From a virus, in IMG/VR virus record IMGVR_UViG_3300022177_000070, positions 1,007 through 65,006 of that record: a DNA stretch of 64,000 bases; one strand, given 5' to 3'. Made by a program: the position numbers and the translations under genes. The notes under the pieces were generated by a model, which was not told where the DNA came from, searched no databases, and saw only the letters and a program-made list of their open reading frames with translations. Position 1 is the stretch's first letter; every line of letters starts with the position of its first letter. Positions 44,449 to 54,429 of this stretch are shown here, one piece after another.

Positions 44449-45320
44449 TGGACGTTTACGAAGTTGAGCCGCACAGCTATCGCCGCAACCACTTGAACCT
44501 TGGGGAAGTGGCGCAGACCTCTTACGAGGTGGCCAAAATCAAGGACTTCGGAGTCAAAAACAACAACCCTCTAAAGCTTGACGGGACTTGCACCATCGAG
44601 TTGGAGGGGGGCGGAACCGTGGGCGGGGTCGATATCTTCTACCATTGCAAGAAGGGGCTGTACATCGACCAGGACCCCGACCAGGAGGACAACGGCTCCC
44701 TTAAGCATGGAGCAATGGCCTTCAAGCCCGACAAGGAAGTCAAGGTCCTGCTGGTCAATAACCGTCCTGAGTGCGTTATTGCCCACGCCGACCGCAAGAC
44801 CAGGCCGTGCGTCAACTTCTTCAAGATCAAGTTCCGGGGGTGGGAGGGTCAGTGGCACGAGGTCATCTACGACTACGAGAACGTGGCCGAGGTCTCGTCT
44901 CCCTCTCAAGACCTAAAGCTGACTCACAAGGGCGAGCGTATTATGGGGTCCAGGGAGATTCAGTTCGCCACGACCATGTACTACAACGGCGACTTCATGT
45001 TTCACCTGGGACCCCTACTCTTTGTGCTGTGTGTTCGTTCCGTGGGGATGCCAGCCCCTATCACCATCGGGACTATCCTCTACGCCGCGCCTTACAGTAA
45101 GGAGTTGGAGGATTCCACCAGGGCCATCGGGAAAGAGCGTGACAAGAAGTTGTCAGCCCTTTCGCTTTTCTCTCCGGTGCCGACCGAGATTGGCTATCCG
45201 GGGTTTACGGTTCAAGACAACTTTACGGCCCTGTTTCACAAGCGATACCAGGGGTACAGAGTGCCATCGCCCCGGTGGATATTTACCGAAATTTACATCC
45301 AAGACTTCTTTGGGGACTAA
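44448..45320 (+). CDS. Hypothetical protein
   Basis: 290 aa; TAATG coupling. Confidence 0.6.
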   Translation: MDVYEVEPHSYRRNHLNLGEVAQTSYEVAKIKDFGVKNNNPLKLDGTCTIELEGGGTVGGVDIFYHCKKGLYIDQDPDQEDNGSLKHGAMAFKPDKEVKVLLVNNRPECVIAHADRKTRPCVNFFKIKFRGWEGQWHEVIYDYENVAEVSSPSQDLKLTHKGERIMGSREIQFATTMYYNGDFMFHLGPLLFVLCVRSVGMPAPITIGTILYAAPYSKELEDSTRAIGKERDKKLSALSLFSPVPTEIGYPGFTVQDNFTALFHKRYQGYRVPSPRWIFTEIYIQDFFGD

Positions 45321-45322
45321 TA

Positions 45323-46726
45323 ATGCTTGAACCTGAAATCAAAAGGCCCGACACCCTGCCGTACTTCAGGATGCTGCGCGCCCTCAAGAAGCTCGACGAG
45401 CCTCTGTATGAACTGGTGGTGGCCAAGACCAATCCGGCCATGCATCAGGTCTTAATGGAGAAGATGCAGATTGAGCGCCCCGAGCTTTACGCCAAGATCG
45501 TCAAGATCATCGAGGCCGCCGAGCGGGGCGAGGAAACCTTCGTCAACTCGCCGCCGGTCAACGTCAAGCGGGCCGCCTATGAAACGGCGGACCTACTCAT
45601 TAAAGAGTACGACTGCGCCGAAGGCTTTCGGGAAGCCAAGCCCGAGATCGTGACAGTAACGGTCAAGCTAAAGGTGTCGGAGTTGGTGGTGGGCTTGCCC
45701 AATTCGGTTATCGCCCTATCCGACAACCTGGCCAGGGAATACCAGACGATGCGGAAGTGGACCTTCGGCTTCGACAATCGGCAATTCGTTGCTGATGTCT
45801 CTTGGGACGCTCTGGACGCCATGCTGCGGGACCCCAATGTCGAGGATGTGGTCATTGAGCCGATGGCCAACATCTGCGCCATTCCCGATTACAACCCGTC
45901 CGCCCCCAACGTGGATTGGGGGGTATCGCGAGTGGCCCCGCAAAACGCCTGGGCCAAGGGTCTATATGGCGAGCGGGTGAAGATTTGCGTCATTGACACC
46001 GGGATCAAGTCGGACCATCCGGCCTTTTGGGTTGATGATGAGACCTGCTTCAAGGGCGGCTGGAACTTTGTCTCCGGCTACGAAGACCCCAAAGACGACC
46101 ACGATCATGGCACGTACTGCTGCTCCATCGTGGCTCACCGGCACACCGATGTTGGCGGCTCCTACCGGGGGGTGGCCCCCAACTGCGACCTCTATGCCTG
46201 CAAGGTCTTGGACGCCAAGGGGTCCGGCAGTTTCGCCAATATCGCTGCCGCGGTGGATTGGGCCAGAACCAACGGTATGGACGTTATCAGTATGAGCCTG
46301 GGGGGAACGTCGGGGTCTGATGTTCTCAAGCAGGCTTGTGACAATGCCTGGTATGCCGGGGTCTTGGTGGTGGCGGCGGCAGGAAACTCCGGGCCGGGCG
46401 ACAACACGGTCAACTACCCGGCCAAATATACCAGTGTAATTGCTGTGGCTGCCGTGGATGTCAATGAGAACGTGGCCAACTTTTCCAGCCGCGGGCCGGA
46501 AGTTGAGTTGTCAGCCCCCGGAGTTGCTATTTCCGGGGCCTTTGCCGGAAACACCTATCACGACCTGGTGGTTCCCGGCTCCGACTTCCTCTATATGACC
46601 GCCAACGGAACGTCTGCCGCCTGCCCTCATGTGGCGGCGGCGGCTGGCCTTATTAAACAATGGTATCGCCTGGCCGATCCCCGGATGCTCCGCGAGTACC
46701 TGCGGGACTATGCCAGAGACCTGTAG
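45323..46726 (+). CDS. S8 (subtilisin-family) serine peptidase
   Basis: Triad VIDTGI (D), HDHGTYC (H), NGTSAACPHVA (S); oxyanion AAGNSG; propeptide-like region; no signal peptide. Confidence 0.93.
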   Translation: MLEPEIKRPDTLPYFRMLRALKKLDEPLYELVVAKTNPAMHQVLMEKMQIERPELYAKIVKIIEAAERGEETFVNSPPVNVKRAAYETADLLIKEYDCAEGFREAKPEIVTVTVKLKVSELVVGLPNSVIALSDNLAREYQTMRKWTFGFDNRQFVADVSWDALDAMLRDPNVEDVVIEPMANICAIPDYNPSAPNVDWGVSRVAPQNAWAKGLYGERVKICVIDTGIKSDHPAFWVDDETCFKGGWNFVSGYEDPKDDHDHGTYCCSIVAHRHTDVGGSYRGVAPNCDLYACKVLDAKGSGSFANIAAAVDWARTNGMDVISMSLGGTSGSDVLKQACDNAWYAGVLVVAAAGNSGPGDNTVNYPAKYTSVIAVAAVDVNENVANFSSRGPEVELSAPGVAISGAFAGNTYHDLVVPGSDFLYMTANGTSAACPHVAAAAGLIKQWYRLADPRMLREYLRDYARDL

Positions 46727-46735
46727 GAGACAGCT

Positions 46736-47143
46736 ATGCCGAAATGGTGCGATGAAGGTGAAAACTACTTGATGGATGTGGCTTTCAAGAAGAACACGTC
46801 CCCCCCGACCAACCTTTATCTGGGTCTTTACACCGCCCCCACTTCGGAACCGGCGGAGACTGCAACCCTGGCCGACCTGACCGAGCCGTCCGGCGGTAAC
46901 TATGCCCGCCAGGCTATTGCCATCGGCGGCGATGCCACTCTGTCTGGTGCCGAGATCACGTTTGCACAGAAGACTTTCGCCGCTTCCGGGGCGGCTTGGG
47001 GGAATGTCTATGGATATTTCCTCTGCACAGTGGTGAGCGGTACTGCTGGCAAGCTGTTGGCGGTAGAGCAGTTCAGCGACGGGCCGTACAACGTCATCGA
47101 CGGGGGATCGGTCAAAGTGACTGCCAAGCTCACCTGCGCCTAA
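46736..47143 (+). CDS. Tail structural protein, family B3
   Basis: EGENYLMD, LYLGLY, EPSGGNYAR, AWGNVYGYF. Confidence 0.7.
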   Translation: MPKWCDEGENYLMDVAFKKNTSPPTNLYLGLYTAPTSEPAETATLADLTEPSGGNYARQAIAIGGDATLSGAEITFAQKTFAASGAAWGNVYGYFLCTVVSGTAGKLLAVEQFSDGPYNVIDGGSVKVTAKLTCA

Positions 47144-47189
47144 CCCTTGGGGGCGGCCCTAAAGGCCGCCCTTGCTGTATGGAGGGGCT

Positions 47190-47591
47190 ATGTCTGTCGC
47201 CAAGCTCTCAAGCGACGGGGAAAACCGTCTGCTCGATATCCTTTTTGGTGCCCTGCCGGTCGATGGGGTTTTGTATGTGGGCCTTTATCGCAACCAGACC
47301 GAACTCGCCAAGGGGGCTACCCTGGTGGATATCTCCGAGGTTTCGGGCTACGGCTACTCCCGCAAGTCTATTACTCGGGGACACTGGACGGTGAGCGGCA
47401 ACGAGGCTACTTATCCAGAGCTTACTTTCATGGCGCTGGGCGGCGAATGGGGAGATATCTACGGGTACTTTGTCTGCACTTCCCTGACCGGGATCAGCGG
47501 CAAACTTTTGTTTTCGGAACACCTGGACGCCCCCCTGAATGTCGCCAGCGGGAAGGGGGTCAAGATTACTCTCAGACTCGCCTGGCTTTAG
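47190..47591 (+). CDS. Tail structural protein, family B4
   Basis: DGENRLLD, LYVGLY, EWGDIYGYF; GGAGG RBS. Confidence 0.7.
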   Translation: MSVAKLSSDGENRLLDILFGALPVDGVLYVGLYRNQTELAKGATLVDISEVSGYGYSRKSITRGHWTVSGNEATYPELTFMALGGEWGDIYGYFVCTSLTGISGKLLFSEHLDAPLNVASGKGVKITLRLAWL

Positions 47592-47601
47592 GAGTACCGA
47601 T

Positions 47602-48588
47602 ATGGCTCGTCTGTTTGTGGCAAATTTCGAGAACGGCGTTTGGGACGGATTTGACGACTTTGTCACCAATCCGGCATATCCACTGTCTGTTACTAATGCC
47701 TGTCAAGGAAGGGCTTTGGTGGTAACGGGCAGCTACTCTTATGTCAGAAAGAATTTCAGCAACAAGTCTGAAATCTACATCGCCATGCTGGTGCAGACCC
47801 GTAAGGTGGACGCCAGCCTGTCGCTGTTGGAGTTTCGCAATGGCGACACCATTCTGGCGCGGCTTCAGAGAATTAGAGAACATGGCTCTCTAACTGCCTG
47901 GAGAGGCCATTACGCCACCGAGCTTGCCAGCGGTGTCCGGGGATTACTGTATGACCGGCCCGCCCTGGTGGAAGTTTATTATAAGCCGGACGAGGTTTCC
48001 GGGGTCTTACAGGTCAAGATCAATGGCATCACGGAGATTGACTACTCCGGCAACACGTCCGCCTCTGGAAGCGTTGTGAACGGAGTTGTTTTCGGCAACA
48101 CTTTCGGTTCTTCGAATCCAAGCTTCTATTTTGACAACATTATTCTTGATGATGCCGCCTGGCCGGGCGACTCCCTTATTGCCTCCCTCCTTCCTTCTGG
48201 GGCCGGAAACTCGACACAGTGGACCCCCTCTGCGGGCAACAACTATACCAATGTGGATGAGGCCCCGGCGAGCGATGCCGATGGGGTGCTAACCAATACC
48301 GCCGACCAGCTTGACCTTTACGGCTTGGGCGACCTGCCTACAGAAGCCAATGCCGTTAAGTGTGTGCAGTTGGACGCCAGGAGCTTTCGTAACGGCGCTT
48401 CCACCCCCACAACCATCAAGGCCGGATTGCGAACCGGGGGAACCAATTATCTTGGCGACTCCTTCTCTCCAGACAAGATGTTTCCAGTTCATGTCACCAA
48501 GCTGTACGAGACCAACCCCAACACCGCCTCCAACTGGTCCGTATCAGAAGTCAACGGGCTTGAGGCGGGGGTGCAGTCGGGAGCATAA
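47602..48588 (+). CDS. Lectin/ConA-like virion protein, paralog C1
   Basis: KSEIY, QVKING..EID, FDNIILDD, DEAPASD shared with the next gene. Confidence 0.65.
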   Translation: MARLFVANFENGVWDGFDDFVTNPAYPLSVTNACQGRALVVTGSYSYVRKNFSNKSEIYIAMLVQTRKVDASLSLLEFRNGDTILARLQRIREHGSLTAWRGHYATELASGVRGLLYDRPALVEVYYKPDEVSGVLQVKINGITEIDYSGNTSASGSVVNGVVFGNTFGSSNPSFYFDNIILDDAAWPGDSLIASLLPSGAGNSTQWTPSAGNNYTNVDEAPASDADGVLTNTADQLDLYGLGDLPTEANAVKCVQLDARSFRNGASTPTTIKAGLRTGGTNYLGDSFSPDKMFPVHVTKLYETNPNTASNWSVSEVNGLEAGVQSGA

Positions 48589-48590
48589 CA

Positions 48591-49586
48591 ATGGCACTGA
48601 TTTTTATGGACGGCTTTGAGGGTGGCGACCTAAGCCTGTGGGACCTCAGCTATGGGGTGGCGATTATTGCGGCTCCCAGCGGCATGGACGGCTCTTATGT
48701 TTGTGACCTGAAAACCACGTCGGGGGGCCATGTTTCCAAGCGGTTTACGGCAAAATCGGAAATTTACATGGCCTTCAAGTACAAATTTGCCGCGGTCACA
48801 GAGCCATCCTACCAGCAACCCATTGTCACCTTCGTTAAGGGTGGAAACAAGCTGGCGTCGCTCATGCGCTCGTCTGGCACTCCACACACCCTCAATGCTG
48901 CCTTGGGCCTGGGAGGTACGTCGTTGGCCACTTCCACTACGGCCCCGGCTCTCAACAGCATTTACGACATCGAGATTCACTATAAGCCCCACGACACCGA
49001 AGGTATTTTTCAGGTCAAAATCAATGGGACCCTGGAGATCGACTTCACCGGCGACACTACCGCCGCCGATTCCACGGTGGACGGCGTGTACTTTGGGCAG
49101 TTTCCTGGGATCGGCTTTTTGGGGCAGATCGGCAACTTGGACAACGTGTTTATAGATGACGCCAACTGGATCGGGAGGTACTTGATTCAGAGGTTGGTCC
49201 TGGTGGATGAGGGAACGTATAGCGGCTATTCCGGGGCCTACACCGCTGCTGACGAGGTTCCCGCCTCCGACACCGATGCCCTGGAGACCAATGAGGCCGA
49301 CATCCTTTCCACCTTTCCAACCGGCGACCTGACCGGCTCCATCGAGACGGTCAAGGCCGTCCAGGTTCAGGCGCGTACGGAATCAGAGGGGCCGGTGACT
49401 CCGAAAAACATCAAATTGGTCCTGAAGTCTGGCAACACGGTTTCCTTGAGTGGCGGCAAGCCGGTTCCCTATGGCGGCGATCCGCATAGCGTGGCCCACA
49501 TTTGGGAAACCGACCCCAACGATAGCGGTGCCTGGAATCCTGATAAGGCCAACAACCTTGAGATCGGGGCGCAGTCTGCCTCATAG
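48591..49586 (+). CDS. Lectin/ConA-like virion protein, paralog C2
   Basis: Full-length similarity to 47602..48588. Confidence 0.65.
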   Translation: MALIFMDGFEGGDLSLWDLSYGVAIIAAPSGMDGSYVCDLKTTSGGHVSKRFTAKSEIYMAFKYKFAAVTEPSYQQPIVTFVKGGNKLASLMRSSGTPHTLNAALGLGGTSLATSTTAPALNSIYDIEIHYKPHDTEGIFQVKINGTLEIDFTGDTTAADSTVDGVYFGQFPGIGFLGQIGNLDNVFIDDANWIGRYLIQRLVLVDEGTYSGYSGAYTAADEVPASDTDALETNEADILSTFPTGDLTGSIETVKAVQVQARTESEGPVTPKNIKLVLKSGNTVSLSGGKPVPYGGDPHSVAHIWETDPNDSGAWNPDKANNLEIGAQSAS

Positions 49587-49595
49587 GGCGACATC

Positions 49596-51956
49596 ATGGC
49601 GAATGATTTTACCCAGGACGGTTCCTGTCAGGCTCTATGGAGGTTTGAGAGCGGCTACCTCAGTGTAGATTCCAAGAACTCCAACAATCTTACCCTGAGC
49701 AACGTCCAGTCCAACGTCTCCACCTACAAGGAGGGCGGGGGCTGTGCCGACTTCGAGAAGGACAACTCCGCCTACTGCTCCATCGCCGACGGTTCCCTGT
49801 CGGCCAACTTCCCACTGAAAAACGGCGACAGCACCAAGACGGGGGCCATCGCCTTCTGGATTCGCCCCGAGTCGGCCCTGGCCGAAGGCTTAATCTGCGG
49901 TAAGTACGACACCGACAACAACAAGCGGTCTCTGGGCGTCTCGCTCACCACATCCTCAAGGCTTCGCATTTATTGGGGATACAACGGTGGGGCGAGCCAG
50001 GAATATTTTGATATTCCTGTCACCATCTCCGCCACCAAGTTCTACCACGTCGTTGTCAGTTTTGATGGGGTCAACAAGAAGCTGGCCGCCTTCGTCTGGG
50101 ACGACACCAATTCCATTTTTTATGCCTACAAATTTTCCCCGGCCAACGAACTCAATGTTGCTGATTGCGACTGGACCATCGCCAGGAAGCCGGGGGCCAC
50201 GCCCTGGTACTATGACGGCCTCATTGATGAGTTGGTCGTTTTTAACTCCCCCCAAAACCCCTTTGAGGCCAACTTGCTCCGGGCTGGTAACTACACCGGG
50301 GCGAACAACCTGGTCGTCACTAATGTTCAGGCATTGGCGGAGTACACCAAGGCCCCCAAACAGAGGGTCACGCAGATTATTGCCCAGGTCGCGTATCAGC
50401 TTACCGACCCCAACACCCACAATTATTATGGCCACATCGACACTGCGGTCGCCGTCTCTTCGACGCGGAATACCGAGATTGCCAGGAATGGCAATGTCAC
50501 CGTCGAGATAACCACAAGCTGCAACTCCCTCTACCAGCCCCCCGGACAATTTGTTTATGACGGGGACATTGACATTGGGGTTACGGTCGAGGGCGCGTCC
50601 ATTCACAACCGAGTTTACACTGGCAACGTCCCGGTGACAGTTACTCCGGGCGGAAGCTCCTGGTTTGCGACGCGGGCCTATATTGGCAACATCGAGATCG
50701 CCATTGAGCCGTCCTGCGGAGTCAGAATCCCCGTTACCGGCTTCGACCGAGATACCGGCTACGGCATCATCGACATCAGCTTTCTCTCCAATGACCCGCC
50801 CTTCTGGGTGTCTGAGGGTAATCTGGAGATTGCCCTTGACAACACCGCTTCCAAGTTTGTCCTCTACGCCGAAAGAAGTATGGCCGCGAGCGGCGGGGTT
50901 AAGGTTGGCGGGGCCGGGCTGGTCGCCATGCGCGAGCCAGACTTGGACGAAATTGTTGCCGAGGGCGGCCTAGAGGTCTCCGGCGGCTCCCCGGACTACG
51001 GGGATTCGGTTTACGAGTTCATCACCCCCGAGGAAGACGAAGACCTTCAGCGCGACGTGGTGGGGTCCGGCGGCCTGGTCTTCTCCGGCCCCGTCCTGCC
51101 GGTGGTGACCTTTGTTGAGACCGATCCCGCTGCCATTCCGACCCGCAACGTCGTGGCCAGTGGCGGGGTGGAGCTTGGCGGCGGGCAGAGCTACGCCTTT
51201 GCCCAGGCGCTCCAGAGAGACATTGTGGCCAGCGGCGGGGTGGTGGTCTCCGGGCCGTTCTCGCCGACGATAGAGCTTGTCGATGCCGACGACCTGGTGC
51301 TGGCGGCCTGCACCTCTCCGGTGGAGTTGGCAATCTCCGGCGCTCCGATTGTCACCTTCTTTACTCCCGAGACGACTCACACCTCCTGGCAAGAAGTTGC
51401 CCTTGTCCCCATTGATTACGACGGCCTCATCAAGATCGGCGGCGAGGCCCTGGTGGCAATGGTGGCCCCGGTCACGGTGGCGATTGTGGCCGACGGCGGC
51501 TTGGTGGTGGGCGGCGGACTGTCGGAGACGGCGGCGGGCGAGACCTGGGCCGCAACCGGGACCAAGCGGGAACCATCGCTCTATCTGAACTTCGTCTTCA
51601 ATTCCTACGCCGTCCACAATGGAGTGGCCTATGGAGCCAAGGATGATGGCATTTACATCTTGGAGGGCACCACTGACAATGGCGCGCCGATTCATCCGGG
51701 GGTCCGGCTGGGGCCGACCAACTTCGGGAGCAACGGCTACAAGTTCATCCGGTCCATGATCTTGGAAGAGAGCGGCGACGACACCAAAGTTCGCTACCGG
51801 GCTATGGATACTGACAAGGAGTTTTACGTCGAGAAGGACCGTGACAAATTTGCCGGGGCCAGGGAGGTCTTGGGGCGGGAACTGATGGTCGAGATCATGG
51901 ACTTTGACAGGCTCGGGGCCTGCAACATTTCGGTAGTGCCTCTGGCCAGGAGATAG
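49596..51956 (+). CDS. LamG/ConA-domain tail protein (candidate receptor-binding protein)
   Basis: ALWRFE, AFWIRPE, YHVVVSFDG, YDGLIDELVVF; GG-spaced beta repeats; C-terminal FNSY...YGAKDDGIY domain. Confidence 0.68.
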   Translation: MANDFTQDGSCQALWRFESGYLSVDSKNSNNLTLSNVQSNVSTYKEGGGCADFEKDNSAYCSIADGSLSANFPLKNGDSTKTGAIAFWIRPESALAEGLICGKYDTDNNKRSLGVSLTTSSRLRIYWGYNGGASQEYFDIPVTISATKFYHVVVSFDGVNKKLAAFVWDDTNSIFYAYKFSPANELNVADCDWTIARKPGATPWYYDGLIDELVVFNSPQNPFEANLLRAGNYTGANNLVVTNVQALAEYTKAPKQRVTQIIAQVAYQLTDPNTHNYYGHIDTAVAVSSTRNTEIARNGNVTVEITTSCNSLYQPPGQFVYDGDIDIGVTVEGASIHNRVYTGNVPVTVTPGGSSWFATRAYIGNIEIAIEPSCGVRIPVTGFDRDTGYGIIDISFLSNDPPFWVSEGNLEIALDNTASKFVLYAERSMAASGGVKVGGAGLVAMREPDLDEIVAEGGLEVSGGSPDYGDSVYEFITPEEDEDLQRDVVGSGGLVFSGPVLPVVTFVETDPAAIPTRNVVASGGVELGGGQSYAFAQALQRDIVASGGVVVSGPFSPTIELVDADDLVLAACTSPVELAISGAPIVTFFTPETTHTSWQEVALVPIDYDGLIKIGGEALVAMVAPVTVAIVADGGLVVGGGLSETAAGETWAATGTKREPSLYLNFVFNSYAVHNGVAYGAKDDGIYILEGTTDNGAPIHPGVRLGPTNFGSNGYKFIRSMILEESGDDTKVRYRAMDTDKEFYVEKDRDKFAGAREVLGRELMVEIMDFDRLGACNISVVPLARR

Positions 51957-51958
51957 GT

Positions 51959-53197
51959 ATGCGTGACGAGGCCGCCAAGTGGAACCTGATGGTCAATCAG
52001 ACGATGGGCAAATACGCCGACACCGTCCGCAACACGTTGAAGGAAAATGCCGGGCGGGGGGCCGACATGCCGGACGGCGAGACGCTGGGGCTTATCGTTG
52101 ACCTGGCGCACGAGACCAAGAAAAACCTCACTGAAGGCAATGCCAAGATTTATAAGGAGGCCCGCGAGCGCATCCTGTCCCTCTTGGAATTGCTCAACAA
52201 GTTGCGCCTGGCCGCGGCCAAGCTGCGTCTGAAGGAATATCAAGAACACTGGCTGAACGACATGGCCATCGACCAGGCGGAGTTTGAGGCCCAAGTTGAG
52301 AAGAACCGGAACGACGTGAAGCGCCTGGAGGCAGAGATTGATGCTCGCACCGAGGCCCTTATCCGCCTCAAGGCCGACATCGACCACGAGCTTAACCTGC
52401 TGAAGATTCAACTGACCGAGGTGGAAAAAATCTCTCTGGGTAAGGAGATTGAACTGGTCAACGCCAAGGTGGCCACGGCCCAGGAACGCCTGAAGATGAT
52501 CGACTACCTGCGGGCGGTGGTGGATTCCGACCGGCTGGTTATTGAGGCGGAGCAACTGAAGGCCGAAGCCCTGACCAGGGTGGTGGATGCCAAGGAGCGG
52601 GTGGTCGAGGTCAAGCGGGGCATGATCCCTGACTATGTTCGCAAGGCCGACGCCCGCAACCAGTTGGCTGAAGCCACGATCCGAGAGGCTGCTGACCGGG
52701 AAGCCCTGGAGATGTTGGGTTACGAGAAGACCGAGGTGGAACGGGCCAAGTACGACGGTCGCCACGACATCGCCGCCTTCCGTTTGAGCAATGAGTTGCC
52801 CACCCGGCGCTCAATCACTACCCTGGAGCAACTGGTTGAGGAAACCCGTCTGAGGAATCGCATCGGCCTTCAGGATGCTATGAACGAGACCAAGCGCAAG
52901 ATTCTGGAAGCCAAGCGCCAACTGGAAGAGGACATGGCCCGGTTCAAAATCGACATTCAGGCAGCCCGCCGGGAAATCGACGTAGAGGCCATCAAGAAGC
53001 AGATGTCCCTGGAGGCTGGGTCTATTGCTTCGGGGGCACATGGGGCTGCCGGAGCCGCACAAGCTGGCGGCCAGGCGGCGGCCAACATCATGGAGGGGGC
53101 TGCGACGCAAACCAAGACCCTGACCTATAACCAGGATCACACCACGACCTCCACGATCACCTCAACCGCCAATATTCAGCGCAATATCTCCAAGTAG
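51959..53197 (+). CDS. Coiled-coil virion protein D1
   Basis: Long E/K/R/A heptads, Gly/Ala patch, Thr-rich C-terminus. Confidence 0.6.
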   Translation: MRDEAAKWNLMVNQTMGKYADTVRNTLKENAGRGADMPDGETLGLIVDLAHETKKNLTEGNAKIYKEARERILSLLELLNKLRLAAAKLRLKEYQEHWLNDMAIDQAEFEAQVEKNRNDVKRLEAEIDARTEALIRLKADIDHELNLLKIQLTEVEKISLGKEIELVNAKVATAQERLKMIDYLRAVVDSDRLVIEAEQLKAEALTRVVDAKERVVEVKRGMIPDYVRKADARNQLAEATIREAADREALEMLGYEKTEVERAKYDGRHDIAAFRLSNELPTRRSITTLEQLVEETRLRNRIGLQDAMNETKRKILEAKRQLEEDMARFKIDIQAARREIDVEAIKKQMSLEAGSIASGAHGAAGAAQAGGQAAANIMEGAATQTKTLTYNQDHTTTSTITSTANIQRNISK

Positions 53198-53205
53198 GGG
53201 GACAC

Positions 53206-54426
53206 ATGGACCTTGACAAGACCTTGGACCTGGTGGCCCTGCAAGGGCGGGCGCGAGAGCGCAACGAGGCCGTCTGGCAACTGGTTGACTGGAGTGGCCT
53301 GGCGTCCAGCCTTATGGGGTATGAGGGGGTCCTAAATCACACGCACCTGGCGACCATCGAGTCCTACCTGGCTATTGTGGACGCCGAAATGGGGACCAAG
53401 GAGTATATCTTGGCCGAAGAGGCGGGGGCGCAGTTTCGAGAACTGGAAAGTGAGCGCCAGATTTTTGACGCCAAGATGGACACGGAACGGCTGAAGCTCG
53501 CTATTAAGACCGAGACCGAGAACTATGCCCACCAGGTCCGGCTTTACGAGGCCGCCGTCAAGGACCTGATTATGGCGGCCAAGGAGTATGCGGGCGAAAT
53601 CGAGCGGGAGCAGGTTGCCGTAGAGCAAGCCCGCCTGGAACTGGCCATCGCCAAGGAAGAGAACCAGGTCCGGCAACTGGACGCCGAGATTATTCTGGAG
53701 CAGTACAAAGCCGCCGAGACCCAGGTGGATATCGAGAAGGCCAAGTTGGAGGTCTCCAGGGCCGCGGTCCGACTGGTGCAGGCCCAGGTGGATATGCGGG
53801 AGGCCGAACTGAAGATTGTGGAGGCCGAACTGGAAGAGGCGATGTCGGTGGCCGAGGCTGCCACGCTCCGGGCCGACGTGGCCAGCATCCTGGCGGAGAT
53901 CGTCACCAAGGGCCTTACGGCCATCAAGCTGGGAGTCGAGACCGCCGAAATCGAGATGCTGCAAGAAGTTGTCCCGAGAGAAGCCACTGACGAACTGGCC
54001 ATCAAGCAGGCCGAAACCGGCATCTTGGAATTGAGCTTGGCCCACCTGCCCCGGATTCTGGAGCTACTGGCCCAGCTTTACGGCGAAGAGCTTGAGTATG
54101 AGCGTGACATTCGCTTGCTGGAGGGCCTGGAGCTTCCCCGGTGGATTTTCGACTTCGAGAAAAACATCACCGAGGCCGACCTACTTGATGAACACGCCAA
54201 GCGCATGTTGGCGGCGCAGTATCGGGCCATGCCTGCCGGGGCCAGGGCGCAGGGAGAAATCGCCATTGCCCGCGCTCATGCCCTGGTCAAGCAGATGATG
54301 GCTGCGGCTTCCGCCTCTGTGAAGCGCCAAGAGTCTCAGCAGACCATTAACGCCACGTACACCACCAGCAACCTGACTACGACGGAGCGGAACGAAACCT
54401 CCGACGAACAGATCAGTTCCGGGTAA
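53206..54426 (+). CDS. Coiled-coil virion protein D2
   Basis: Same architecture and similar length as 51959..53197. Confidence 0.6.
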   Translation: MDLDKTLDLVALQGRARERNEAVWQLVDWSGLASSLMGYEGVLNHTHLATIESYLAIVDAEMGTKEYILAEEAGAQFRELESERQIFDAKMDTERLKLAIKTETENYAHQVRLYEAAVKDLIMAAKEYAGEIEREQVAVEQARLELAIAKEENQVRQLDAEIILEQYKAAETQVDIEKAKLEVSRAAVRLVQAQVDMREAELKIVEAELEEAMSVAEAATLRADVASILAEIVTKGLTAIKLGVETAEIEMLQEVVPREATDELAIKQAETGILELSLAHLPRILELLAQLYGEELEYERDIRLLEGLELPRWIFDFEKNITEADLLDEHAKRMLAAQYRAMPAGARAQGEIAIARAHALVKQMMAAASASVKRQESQQTINATYTTSNLTTTERNETSDEQISSG

Positions 54427-54429
54427 GCC

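Noticed and set aside
39946-51956. Diversity-generating retroelement acting on tail or lectin genes
   Set aside because: No reverse transcriptase and no near-identical TR/VR pair with adenine-specific mismatches; the paralogs are anciently diverged.
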